NCBI GenBank assembly: GCA_049320885.1
Contig: JBMORA010000001.1
Location: 210,622 to 274,621, forward strand
Direction of reading: 5' to 3'
From: Thermodesulfobacteriota bacterium
GTDB lineage: Bacteria > Desulfobacterota > Desulfobacteria > Desulfobacterales > SURF-7
Length of the DNA stretch: 64,000 nucleotides
The position numbers were made by a program, and so were the translations under genes. Below, in pieces: positions 1 to 9,713 of this stretch. How positions within the stretch are numbered: the first letter of the stretch is position 1; the number at the start of each line of letters is the position of its first letter. Under the pieces are notes generated by a model. It saw only the letters and a program-made list of their open reading frames with translations, was not told the DNA's origin and ran no database searches.

Positions 1-1
1 C

Positions 2-586
2 CTGGATTACTATAAAAACAACTGCATCAACTTTTTTGTTCCGGCCGCGTTTACCGCGGTGGCTGTTCTGGAAACCGACGCCTTCCAGTTTTCCTCCTCC
101 GACCTGATAACGACCTATCATTTTCTTCGGGAATTGTTCATCAACGAATTTGCGTTTGATGTGGACAAAACACCGACCGTCCATATCCGGAAAACGCTCA
201 AGGCCTTTATCGACATCGGGATGCTGGTGCCGCATCCGACGCTTCCGGAAACCTATACCCTGACCAGCGCGGGCCTGAAAAAAATAAAATTTTTCGCTGC
301 TTTTCTGAAGACCTATCTCGAATCATACCTGGTCGTTCTTCATTTTTTTATCCGATATCCGGCACAAATCATCGAGGGAAAAGACCGCATCAAAAAAATT
401 CAGTCCATCGGCAATCGGATGTACAATCGAAAAGAAATTGAGCATGTCGAAGCGCTTTCGAAAATCAGCTATCTGAATGCGGACAAACATTTCATGGACC
501 TTGGACTCGACAAGGAAAGCGAAAAGGAAACAGTTGAATCGTTTGTTGAAAAAATTCAGCATTATCTGAATGTGCTCCAGCCATGA
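2..586 (+). CDS. C-terminal part of a PlsB-like glycerol-3-phosphate acyltransferase (5' truncated by window edge)
   Basis: Frame is open from position 2 (LDYYKNNCINFFVPAAFTAVA...) through ELFINEF. This resembles the PlsB C-terminal 'YYxNN...EF' region. The catalytic domain is outside the window. Confidence 0.55.
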   Translation: MDYYKNNCINFFVPAAFTAVAVLETDAFQFSSSDLITTYHFLRELFINEFAFDVDKTPTVHIRKTLKAFIDIGMLVPHPTLPETYTLTSAGLKKIKFFAAFLKTYLESYLVVLHFFIRYPAQIIEGKDRIKKIQSIGNRMYNRKEIEHVEALSKISYLNADKHFMDLGLDKESEKETVESFVEKIQHYLNVLQP

Positions 587-690
587 ACGGATGCAGACCG
601 GCCATCGGGTTCGACACATACCTGCATTCCGACCGCTGGAAAGTGGCAACGGAATAACCGCGTACTCTCAATTCATATGATCGGGTCACC

Positions 691-2385
691 ATGAAGGCAT
701 TACTCTTGGCAGCCGGCTTCGGAACGCGTCTGCTGCCTTACACCAGCCATACCCCCAAGCCGCTTTTCCCCATCGCGGGAAGGCCCCTGATGGATCATAT
801 CATCCGGCAATTGGAGGCCGCCGGTTGTCATGCGATCCTCATCAACACCCATCATTTGCACCAGCGGGTGGAAGAATTTGTATCGCGGCAGGCTTACCGG
901 ATACCCGTTTTCACCCGTTTTGAACCCGAAATACTCGGGACCGGAGGGGCCATAAAAAATGCGGCGGATTTTTGGGACAGCGATCCTTTTCTGGTGGTCA
1001 ACAGCGACATTGTTACCGACATCGACTTCCGGGAGGTGTATGAGTTTCATTGCCGCCATCCACATCCGGTAACCATGGTGCTCCATGATTATCGGGAATT
1101 CAATCAGGTCTCCATGAATCCGGATGGGATGGTCGTTGCCTTCCATGAAAAAGCCGGAGAATCGGATACCGGACCTTCTACACGACTGGCGTTTACCGGC
1201 ATCCAGGTAATCGATCCGGAAATTCTGGAATACATACCGGAAAAAACATTCCGCAACAGCATCGATGTTTACCGGCAGGTCATTCAGAATGGCCGCGGCG
1301 TGAAGGCCTGTGTAGTAAAAAACCATCATTGGTGCGATATCGGCACGGTGGAATCGTACAGACGAATCGTTTACGAAGCCATGGCTCCGGAGGCCTTTGA
1401 CCAAGCATTCGGTCAACGACCACCCACGCCGATTCAGCGCTCGCGACTCAAGGGCGACGGCTCCGACAGGGCCTGGTACCGTCTTGCGAGCGACGGACGG
1501 TCCCTGGTGATGGTCGATCATGGAATCCGGACCTCCCAAACCGTCTGTGAAGTCGATTCGTTTATCGCCATCGGTCGCCACCTCTCCAGGAAAGGCGTTC
1601 CAGTCCCCCGAATTCACCTGGCCGATGCCTTCTCCGGGCTCGTCTTCCTGGAGGATTTGGGAGATATCCATCTTCAGCAGGTGGTCCTGTCGGCCGAACC
1701 GGAAGACGTGAAACAATATTACCGCCGGATTATTGATCTTCTGTTTCACATGGCAACCAATGCCGCCGAGGATTTCGACCCGAGCCAAACCTATCAGACA
1801 CCTGCGTACACTCGGGAACTGATTCTCTCCCGGGAATGCGGATATTTTCTGGAAGCTTTTGTAGGCGGGTACCTGGGGCTGACGGTGTCTTTTAACGACA
1901 TGGCCCCGGACTGTGAGAGACTGGTCGAGGAGGTCATGAAACACGCCGTTACCGGATTCATGCACCGGGACTTCCAATCACGAAATATCATGGTGAACGG
2001 GGGACGAATCTTTTTCATCGATTTTCAGGGAGGGCGGCTGGGGCCCGTTCAATACGACCTGGCCTCCCTGTTGCTGGATCCGTATGTCGCCCTGCCGTTT
2101 GGGCTCCAGTTGGAACTGCTGGAATACGCCGTTGAAAAAGCCGTGGCCTTGAAGCTATCCGCCGCGGAAAGTTTCCGCTATGGTTTCCGGGCTTGCGCCC
2201 TGACCCGTAATCTCCAGATCCTTGGCGCCTATGGTTTTCTGAGCCGGGTCAAGGGGAAGACCGATTTTGAGCAATTTATCCCGCAGGCCCTGAAAAGCCT
2301 GCACCACAATCTGAACATGCCGTACCCACCGGATTATCCGGCGATCCGATCCATCGTCAATCGAATCAGAAAGGAACTGCCATGA
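691..2385 (+). CDS. Nucleotidyltransferase (MurU-like) fused to phosphotransferase (AmgK-like anomeric sugar kinase)
   Basis: N-term LLAAGFGTRLLPYT..PKPL (NTP transferase). C-term GDGSDRAWYR, LEDLGD, HRDFQSRNIM, IDFQG, YDLASLL (APH/AmgK family). Confidence 0.8.
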   Translation: MKALLLAAGFGTRLLPYTSHTPKPLFPIAGRPLMDHIIRQLEAAGCHAILINTHHLHQRVEEFVSRQAYRIPVFTRFEPEILGTGGAIKNAADFWDSDPFLVVNSDIVTDIDFREVYEFHCRHPHPVTMVLHDYREFNQVSMNPDGMVVAFHEKAGESDTGPSTRLAFTGIQVIDPEILEYIPEKTFRNSIDVYRQVIQNGRGVKACVVKNHHWCDIGTVESYRRIVYEAMAPEAFDQAFGQRPPTPIQRSRLKGDGSDRAWYRLASDGRSLVMVDHGIRTSQTVCEVDSFIAIGRHLSRKGVPVPRIHLADAFSGLVFLEDLGDIHLQQVVLSAEPEDVKQYYRRIIDLLFHMATNAAEDFDPSQTYQTPAYTRELILSRECGYFLEAFVGGYLGLTVSFNDMAPDCERLVEEVMKHAVTGFMHRDFQSRNIMVNGGRIFFIDFQGGRLGPVQYDLASLLLDPYVALPFGLQLELLEYAVEKAVALKLSAAESFRYGFRACALTRNLQILGAYGFLSRVKGKTDFEQFIPQALKSLHHNLNMPYPPDYPAIRSIVNRIRKELP

Positions 2386-3221
2386 AGGAACCCATTCGCA
2401 TTATGATAAACGGAATCCCGGGGAATGTCGCGGTCAATCTCGCCAGGCATGCCCTGGCGGACAACCGCTTTCTGGTGATACCCTGGTCGTTGACCGGACC
2501 CGAAATCGAAGCCGACCGGCACGAAATCGATGCCTTCGTTTGTCATCTGATCAGGCCCGCTGAACGGGATGAACGCATCCAGGAAATCCGGAAACAATAC
2601 GAGCGTTTTATCTCGATAGATTATACCCATCCTTCAGCGATAAACGCCAATGCGGAATTTTACTGCCGCTATCACCTCCCCTTTGTCATGGGAACCACCG
2701 GCGGCAACCGGCAGCTTCTCCTTCAGACCGTTCAGCAATCCGGTATTCCGGCGGTGATCGCCCCCAATATGGCCAAACAGATCGTCGGCTTCCAGGCCAT
2801 GATGGCCTATGCGGCCGAAACATTTCCAGGCCTTTTCAAGGGGTATTCCTTGGAAATCCGGGAAAGCCACCAGCAGGGCAAAGCCGACACCAGCGGCACG
2901 GCCAAAGCAATGGTGGAGTATTTCAACAAACTGGGAGTCCCTTTCTCCGCCGACGACATTCTCATGGAGCGGGACCCGGTCAAACAGGCCAGGGACTGGG
3001 GAATACCGGAAGCATATCTAAGCGGACACGGATGGCACACCTATACACTTGTCTCGGCCGATAAAAACGCGACATTCACATTTACCCATAACATCAACGG
3101 CCGGGATATATATGTGGACGGCACCCTCGATGCAGTCGTTTTTCTCCACCGACAGATGGAAACGGGAATTGCCGGAAAGGTCTTTTCCATGATCGATGTC
3201 ATGCGGGGTTTTCCGGCGTGA
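2382..3221 (+). CDS. dapB: 4-hydroxy-tetrahydrodipicolinate reductase (plant-type DapB)
   Basis: NGIPGN Rossmann start, IDYTHP, VMGTTGG, APNMAKQ, ESHQQGKADTSGTA, GHGWHTY, HNINGR. ATGA overlap with the upstream gene. Confidence 0.85.
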   Translation: MKEPIRIMINGIPGNVAVNLARHALADNRFLVIPWSLTGPEIEADRHEIDAFVCHLIRPAERDERIQEIRKQYERFISIDYTHPSAINANAEFYCRYHLPFVMGTTGGNRQLLLQTVQQSGIPAVIAPNMAKQIVGFQAMMAYAAETFPGLFKGYSLEIRESHQQGKADTSGTAKAMVEYFNKLGVPFSADDILMERDPVKQARDWGIPEAYLSGHGWHTYTLVSADKNATFTFTHNINGRDIYVDGTLDAVVFLHRQMETGIAGKVFSMIDVMRGFPA

Positions 3222-3249
3222 ATGCGCGGATACCATGTCCGGAATCCTG

Positions 3250-5403
3250 TCACGACAACGGAAGGGTGATCAGGAATTCCGCCCCCTTGCCCGGCTGACT
3301 GGAGCACTCGATCCGGCCGTTGAGTTTCTGGGTAACAAGATTATAGACGACATGCATGCCCAGGCCGCTCCCGCCCTGACCGCGCTTGGTGGTGAAAAAA
3401 GGTTCGAATATCTTTTCCAGAACCTGCGGCTTCATGCCCTTGCCGTCATCACGGTAATGGAACAGCAATGTATCCGTATTCCGGCTGACCGTTATCCGGA
3501 TCTCCCCCTTGCGGTCCTCTTCAAAAGCATGAACCAGGGAATTCATGACCAGATTGGTGATGATCTGGGAGAAAGCTCCGGGATGGGTGTTGATTTCGAG
3601 GTCCTCCGGGCAATCCACCTGAATGGAATGCCCGCTGCGCTTGTATTTCGGTCGCAGGCTGTTCAGAACCTCCATTAAATACCCCTTTAAATTGATCCGT
3701 CGTTTTTCACCACCGGATTGATCCACCGCCACCTGTTTGAAACTGTTCAGCAGCTCGGCCGCTCGCTGCAGGTTGGTCAGGATGAGCGTCGAGGCTTCCA
3801 GAGCGATGCGGGCATATTTTTTCATTTCCGCTGTCTCCGGTTCCACTGCCTCCGGCTGCCGGAGATAGGCCTCGGTGGTATCCTTTAAAAAAGAGGCGGA
3901 CATAACCCCGACGCCTAAAGGCGTGCTGATCTCATGCGCCACGCCTGCCACCAGATCTCCGAGAGCGGCCATCCTTTCCGACCGCAGCAGGTGGGCCTCC
4001 GCCTGCTTCCGTTCGGTTATGTCCCGCAGAATGCCGCGGAAACCGACCGGATTCCCGGCGGCATCCCTGATCAGCGTAACCGAAGTTTCAATCCAGCACA
4101 TCCCGCTGTCTTTTCGAATCAGACGCCAATCGAAAGCCTTGGTGGGAATGCCCGTGCGGTAAACGGTATTGAAAATATGAAACACTTTTTTGGCATTTTC
4201 CGCATCCATGAAACGCCGGTTGTTCATCCCGATCAGCTCTTCCTCTCCATACCCCAGTATCCGGCACATGGAGGCATTGACGACCGTAAGATTACCCGCC
4301 AGGTCCACTTCAAAATAGCCGTCTTCTATATCTGCCAGAATTTCACGATACTTTTCCTCGCTTTTCCGTAATGCGGCCTTGGTCTGATGCAGAGAAACGA
4401 TTTTTTTGCGATATTGTTCGTTGAGTTCCTGCAGTTTTTTCCTGGCCGCCGCCTCTTCTCTTCGCAGTTTTTCGGCTTCAAAATACCGCCGGTCGGCCAG
4501 CTCGATCTGCCGTTCAAACAGGGAGCGTCTCTCCCTGGCCATGGGGCTGAAATCGCGAATCATCATCATCCATCTGGCTGGCAGGGACATCTCTCTCCAG
4601 TTCAGGCAGATACGCCCATAGGGCGCATCAAAGATGTCTCCTTTTTTCAGCAGGCAGGAACCGTTCTCGATGACATCCTCGGTGATCACCGTGGCATTGT
4701 ATGGAGGATCGGTTGAATAGCCTTCGTCGAACACGGGTTTTGGGTGGAGTGACTTTTCCTGCAATTGGACCCGTTTGCCGACGATCCGGCCACGGATGTA
4801 TACGAGTGAATCACATTCCGTATAATTCAACCGGTGGACGCCGTATAATTTCTCGCAGATGTTTTTCAGCAAAGCCTGGTCATACAAGATTCTGGTCCGG
4901 GCAGGTTGATGGTGATACACCGCCGGCAAGGCGGAGAGGAGTCCGGCGGCCCATCGAGTGAAAATTCCCATGGATTGGTTCGCCACGGGGGGGTCCAGCT
5001 TGATGATGAAATCCGCCGACTCCCGCCTCAGCTGCAATAGACGGATGGAGGAAAAATTATTGAAACGCTGAATGTGTCGATGAGAAAAAATGAAACTCAT
5101 CCGGATTCCAAACAGGGACACAATGGATCGGAAAAGCCCGGCTGTAACTCCGGTTCCGATTTGGGCACCGATTTTCTCCCAGTCATCCAATGTCAGAAAC
5201 GGATAGGCCCGGCTGCAGTTCTGAAGGATGGTTAAAAAATCCGGCAGGGGGATCCAATTATGCGGTTTGGAGATGAAATCCCTGTCGGTCTGAACATCCC
5301 GCAGGAGCTCCTCTTTTTCAACTCCCAATCTGGAAAAATAATCCAACAGTTGGATCGGCGAAATACAGCGAACACGATACGAATCAATATCTGTCCAACT
5401 CAT
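3250..5403 (-). CDS. PAS-domain sensor histidine kinase with uncharacterised N-terminal sensor domain
   Basis: PAS (DGYFEVDLAGN...RDITERK), H-box AGVAHEISTPLG, N-box NLVMNS, DDGKG, FEPFFTTK, GSGLG. Start moved to ATG 5403 to avoid overlap with the upstream kinase. Confidence 0.85.
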   Translation of the reverse strand: MSWTDIDSYRVRCISPIQLLDYFSRLGVEKEELLRDVQTDRDFISKPHNWIPLPDFLTILQNCSRAYPFLTLDDWEKIGAQIGTGVTAGLFRSIVSLFGIRMSFIFSHRHIQRFNNFSSIRLLQLRRESADFIIKLDPPVANQSMGIFTRWAAGLLSALPAVYHHQPARTRILYDQALLKNICEKLYGVHRLNYTECDSLVYIRGRIVGKRVQLQEKSLHPKPVFDEGYSTDPPYNATVITEDVIENGSCLLKKGDIFDAPYGRICLNWREMSLPARWMMMIRDFSPMARERRSLFERQIELADRRYFEAEKLRREEAAARKKLQELNEQYRKKIVSLHQTKAALRKSEEKYREILADIEDGYFEVDLAGNLTVVNASMCRILGYGEEELIGMNNRRFMDAENAKKVFHIFNTVYRTGIPTKAFDWRLIRKDSGMCWIETSVTLIRDAAGNPVGFRGILRDITERKQAEAHLLRSERMAALGDLVAGVAHEISTPLGVGVMSASFLKDTTEAYLRQPEAVEPETAEMKKYARIALEASTLILTNLQRAAELLNSFKQVAVDQSGGEKRRINLKGYLMEVLNSLRPKYKRSGHSIQVDCPEDLEINTHPGAFSQIITNLVMNSLVHAFEEDRKGEIRITVSRNTDTLLFHYRDDGKGMKPQVLEKIFEPFFTTKRGQGGSGLGMHVVYNLVTQKLNGRIECSSQPGKGAEFLITLPLS

Positions 5404-5518
5404 GGCGATCCAAGTCCATTGGAGGTTGCTGGAATGGTTTGCAAGCAGAAGAGTTGAATGACTGTCGTTATGTAGCCTGTTAGCCCAAATCGGTTTAAAT
5501 TGCAATATCCTTGGTGGG

Positions 5519-7411
5519 CTATGATGGACAGGAATGCAGGGCTGGCAGGCTGTTTCTCGGCAATCGAATATGGAATCGAGACCCTTTGCCGGGCGTCGAC
5601 TGGACCTCAATATCGCCACCGTGTTCCTGGACGATTTTTTTGGTCAACAGTAAGCCCAGCCCGGTTCCGTCCAGCCCCTTGGTGGTAAAAAAAGTCGAAA
5701 AGAGTCTATTCCGGGTTTCCTCATCCATTCCGCAGCCGTCATCCGCGACGATATAGTGGATGACGGCTTTTTCCTCAAAGGCACGCAACCGCACGAACGA
5801 ACCAACCGTGGTTGAATCCTGCCGGCAGGCGTCAATCGCATTCCCCACCAGATTGGTCAGGCATTCATGCATGGCCTCCGGGTCAATTGCCGCCGGCTCC
5901 GGGAACTCCTGCAACTCCATTTCCAGCCGAATCCCGTATGTATCAGCCCTGGAGGCGTACATTTCCATGACTTCCCTTGCGATATCGGCGGGATTGACAA
6001 GTTTGGGATGTATTTTGCGGCCCTTTGAAAAATTCAGAAACGCCTTAACGAATGTCGACATCCGTTCGATGTTGCGATCCAGCATCGTCATGCCGTTTTC
6101 CAGGCGGTCGATATCGGCTTTTTGAACACCGCTTCTCAGCATGTACATGCCGCCCTCGAGGGCGGCGATGAGATTTTTAACCCCATGGGCCAAGCCGGCA
6201 ACCGTTTGACCTACAGCTGCCAGGCGCTCCGCTTCCAGTTTCTCGTTCTGTAATTTTTTTATCTCACGCAAATCCTGTATGGAAAACGCCATCCCCAGGG
6301 AGTTGCCGTCCATCAACAATTGATTCCCCACCAAACGGACAGGCACTTTCTCTCCGGATGAACTCGTGATGGTGGTTTCCGGTATGGAAACATGCTGATG
6401 GCCTTCCGTGACCTGCCGGCAGAATCCATTCGGCAGCAAATCAGCCAGGGTTTCATGGGTCAGCTCCCGCGCTCCCAGATCGCCGATGATCTTGCGGGCC
6501 GCAGGATTGATAACGGTGATGCGGCCTGTGGCATCCAGGGCCAGGATGCCATCCATTGAAGTCGAAACGATCGTCTCCAGGAAGGAATGGGCGAATTTCA
6601 ACCCGTCCCGCAACTGAATCGTCTGGGTTACATCCACGGCCATCTCCATGACGGTATCAACATCGCCTTCCAAAACCGTCAACGGAACCGTAATCACGTG
6701 CAGATGGATCGTCCGGTCGTCTTTTGTCCGCCACACATGATGACCTGTATGGAGCTGGCCGTCCTCGAAGGTTTTTCGGGCCGTGCACTCCGAGCAGGTA
6801 TGATCGGAACCTTTCAGGCCGCTGAAACAGTAGCTGCCTTCCACATCTCCCAGCATCTGTTTTGTCCGGGCATTGGCCTTGACGATACGAAAGTCCCTGT
6901 CGATCAGCACAATCTGACAGGGAACCTGATCAAACAACAACTGGTATTCCCGCCGCATCTGTTCCAGTTCGGTGACATCGATACACATTTCCACCAAAAA
7001 CGGAATATCGCCGTCCGTATCGATGATCGGCAGGGTCTGCTTGATATACCGCGTCAATCTGCCGTCTCTGTTATAGCCAATCTCCTGACTGATTCGGGCC
7101 CTGCCGTCTTGAAATGCTTTCGCGCCTTTACAGTCGGGACACAGGGTCCCCCTGTTTTTATACACGGCAAAACATTTTTTCTGACGCCAAGGCCCGAACA
7201 TCTGTTCAAAACCCTTGTTGGCATGAATCAGATTGAAAGCCTGGTCGATGACCGCGATGGCCATGGGGACGGCATCAAACAGCTGGTCACGAATCCACGC
7301 GGAAATTTGGGGTGGTGGCTGGATCAAAATCAGTCGTCTTTCCTGAACGGTATTCGAATCATGCTTGCATGTTTCCGTAGCATGGTACCGGCATCCGGTC
7401 TTGGGATGCAA
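5519..7411 (-). CDS. Cytoplasmic multi-PAS sensor histidine kinase
   Basis: Three PAS-like repeats, AGLAHGVKN H-box, NLVGNAIDA, DDGCG, FFTTKG, GTGLGL. The true start is probably near 7327 (TTG after AGGAAAG). Confidence 0.88.
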   Translation of the reverse strand: MHPKTGCRYHATETCKHDSNTVQERRLILIQPPPQISAWIRDQLFDAVPMAIAVIDQAFNLIHANKGFEQMFGPWRQKKCFAVYKNRGTLCPDCKGAKAFQDGRARISQEIGYNRDGRLTRYIKQTLPIIDTDGDIPFLVEMCIDVTELEQMRREYQLLFDQVPCQIVLIDRDFRIVKANARTKQMLGDVEGSYCFSGLKGSDHTCSECTARKTFEDGQLHTGHHVWRTKDDRTIHLHVITVPLTVLEGDVDTVMEMAVDVTQTIQLRDGLKFAHSFLETIVSTSMDGILALDATGRITVINPAARKIIGDLGARELTHETLADLLPNGFCRQVTEGHQHVSIPETTITSSSGEKVPVRLVGNQLLMDGNSLGMAFSIQDLREIKKLQNEKLEAERLAAVGQTVAGLAHGVKNLIAALEGGMYMLRSGVQKADIDRLENGMTMLDRNIERMSTFVKAFLNFSKGRKIHPKLVNPADIAREVMEMYASRADTYGIRLEMELQEFPEPAAIDPEAMHECLTNLVGNAIDACRQDSTTVGSFVRLRAFEEKAVIHYIVADDGCGMDEETRNRLFSTFFTTKGLDGTGLGLLLTKKIVQEHGGDIEVQSTPGKGSRFHIRLPRNSLPALHSCPS

Positions 7412-7600
7412 AATTTTTCTTTACAAAATGCGCCCCAACCATTTATTATACCATTTTAATATAGATTAAATTTATATATATAAATAATAAAATTTATTTT
7501 CAACCCAAAACATTATTTTCAAATCGGTTTTTTCCGAAAGCCGATTGGCGCAATCGGAAAGGCCGCAACAGAACAGGCATCGCCCGACAGGAGGAAGTAA

Positions 7601-8851
7601 ATGAAAAAAATCTTGGTCTTAGGTTCCGGTGCAGGCGGAACCATGGTAGCCACCAAATTGCGCAGGGAACTGAGCCCCTTGGAGTGGCAAATCACCATCA
7701 TCGACAATGACGACATCCACCATTACCAGCCCGGCTGGCTGTTCATTCCCTTTGGTATATATACCGCCGAGGATTGCATGAAACCCAAACGGGATTTTAT
7801 ACCCAAAGGGGTCAACTTCGTTCTGGATGAAGTGGTGGCAGTGGATCCGGATGCCCGCAAGGTCGAATGCAAAAAAGGCACCTATGAGTATGATTGGCTG
7901 GTCATTGCCACCGGCTGCCGGATCGCCCCGGAGGAGATTGACGGGCTCGAAGACTGGAAACCGGATTCCAAACGCCGGGAGCACACGTTTTTCACTCTCG
8001 AAAGCGCCATGGCGCTGTATCGGAAAATGAAATATTTTAAATCCGGACGGCTGGTGTTCAATATCGCCGAAATGCCCCACAAATGTCCGGTGGTGCCCAT
8101 GGAATTCATTTTCATGGCCGATTGGTTCTTTGCCAAAAACGGGGTCAGAAACAATATTGAAATCGAATTCGTAACCCCCAACACCGGAATTTTCACCAAA
8201 CCCATTGCCACAAAAGTATTAAGCGTCGCCGCCGAGGAGAAAGGCATCCGGGTTACGCCCAATTTCGACCTGGCCTCGGTGGATCCGGAGCAAGGAATTT
8301 TGCAGTCCGCCAAAGGGGAAACTGTTCCATATGATCTGCTGGTTTCCACCATGCCGAATCTGGGCGCGGAATATGTCGATAATTCGGGCCTGGGTGACGG
8401 CATGGGATATGTCATGACGAATCATCACACCCTCAAGGCTGAAAAATACGACAATATTTATGTCGTCGGCGACGCCACCAATGTCCCCACCTCCAAAGCC
8501 GGTTCGGTGGCCCATTATGAAGCCGAAATCGTAGTGGAGAATCTGATTCTGGAAATCGATGGCCAGGAACCGAAGCCGGCCTTTGACGGCCATTCGACCT
8601 GCTTCATCGTTTCCGGCTATGACAAGGCATATCTTTTTGATTTTAATTATAAAACAGAACCGCTACCCGGCAAATTCCCCTTCCCCGGGGTTGGTCCTTT
8701 CGATTTGGTCGGGGAAAGCTATATCAATTATTGGGGTAAGATGATGTTTAAATGGGTTTATTGGAATTTGCTGCTGACCGGGCAGGATCTGCCGCTGGAG
8801 CCTCAAATGAACATGGCCGGCAAGAATTGGCCGCGAATCGATAGCGAATAG
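7601..8851 (+). CDS. Sulfide:quinone oxidoreductase-like FAD-dependent oxidoreductase (type III SQR family)
   Basis: VLGSGAGG, HHYQPGWLF, KCPVVPME, VGDATNVPTSKAGSVAH, DGHSTCF, FNYKTEPLPGKFP, C-terminal WGKMMFKWVYWN. RBS GGAGG. Confidence 0.8.
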   Translation: MKKILVLGSGAGGTMVATKLRRELSPLEWQITIIDNDDIHHYQPGWLFIPFGIYTAEDCMKPKRDFIPKGVNFVLDEVVAVDPDARKVECKKGTYEYDWLVIATGCRIAPEEIDGLEDWKPDSKRREHTFFTLESAMALYRKMKYFKSGRLVFNIAEMPHKCPVVPMEFIFMADWFFAKNGVRNNIEIEFVTPNTGIFTKPIATKVLSVAAEEKGIRVTPNFDLASVDPEQGILQSAKGETVPYDLLVSTMPNLGAEYVDNSGLGDGMGYVMTNHHTLKAEKYDNIYVVGDATNVPTSKAGSVAHYEAEIVVENLILEIDGQEPKPAFDGHSTCFIVSGYDKAYLFDFNYKTEPLPGKFPFPGVGPFDLVGESYINYWGKMMFKWVYWNLLLTGQDLPLEPQMNMAGKNWPRIDSE

Positions 8852-8860
8852 GGGGCCCGC

Positions 8861-9544
8861 ATGACCAATGAAGAATTGATCCTTCAAAAATTGGAATACA
8901 TCGAGTCGCACATCATTCCGGTTGCCAAGTTCGGTCACAGTATCCGGGAATTGAAGGATGACCTGATCCCCCTGGGCAATACGGCCGTCCAACTGGTGAC
9001 CAAGGAATTGCAGGAGGTGGAAGCGGGTTTTGAACTTGATGATTTTTTTTTGCTGATCAAGCAGGCCATGCGCAGCACCCGGGATTTGATCTTCCTGTTG
9101 CGCCAGATGACCAGCATGATCGAGTTTGTCCGCGATCTGGAACCGTTGCTGAAATCCGCCATCCCCCAGCTCATTCATTATCTGGATGAACTGGAGCAAC
9201 GCGGCGTCTTCCGGATTCTCCGCTCCATGCTGGATGTCCGTGCCAAAGTGGCGTCGGCATATGATTCCGAGGATATCGACCAGATCGGCGATGTCGCCGT
9301 GTCTCTGCTGGGCCTCACAAAACAATTATCCGACCCCCGGGCCATGGATTTTCTGGAAAAAATGGCGGCATTGCCGGGAAAAATCGATCTCTCCGGCAGT
9401 AAAAAAACCGGTCTGATGGGCATGGTGTCGGCCGGTTTCCGCCAGGACATCCAGGAAGGTCTCGGGGTTCTGCTGGAAATCACCAAGGCGCTGAGCAGCC
9501 TCAAGGACAAAACCGCGGATTCGACCGCTGCTTCGGACAAATGA
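8861..9544 (+). CDS. DUF1641-like protein (SQR-associated)
   Basis: All-helical protein with C-terminal GLMGMVSAGFRQDIQEGLGVLLEITKAL, typical of DUF1641. Lies 9 bp after the SQR-like gene. Confidence 0.75.
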   Translation: MTNEELILQKLEYIESHIIPVAKFGHSIRELKDDLIPLGNTAVQLVTKELQEVEAGFELDDFFLLIKQAMRSTRDLIFLLRQMTSMIEFVRDLEPLLKSAIPQLIHYLDELEQRGVFRILRSMLDVRAKVASAYDSEDIDQIGDVAVSLLGLTKQLSDPRAMDFLEKMAALPGKIDLSGSKKTGLMGMVSAGFRQDIQEGLGVLLEITKALSSLKDKTADSTAASDK

Positions 9545-9713
9545 TGGCGCTGCCCGCGGCCCCGGTGGCTCTTTAATCAAACCATTCCCCGCCGGCGGGG
9601 CGATTTCCCGCCCGGCGGGCAGAAACCGGTGATACGAAAGCTCGCAATATGGATGGCAGTTTGCATGGATAGACGATTTTGCCGAAACCCTGCTGAAACA
9701 AAGGAGTCGATCA

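Noticed and set aside
583..657. 24-codon ORF overlapping the stop of the first gene
   Set aside because: No RBS or recognisable features; probably chance.
9589..9618. GC-rich hairpin after the DUF1641 gene as an intrinsic terminator
   Set aside because: Imperfect stem with no U-tract on either strand, so it cannot be supported.
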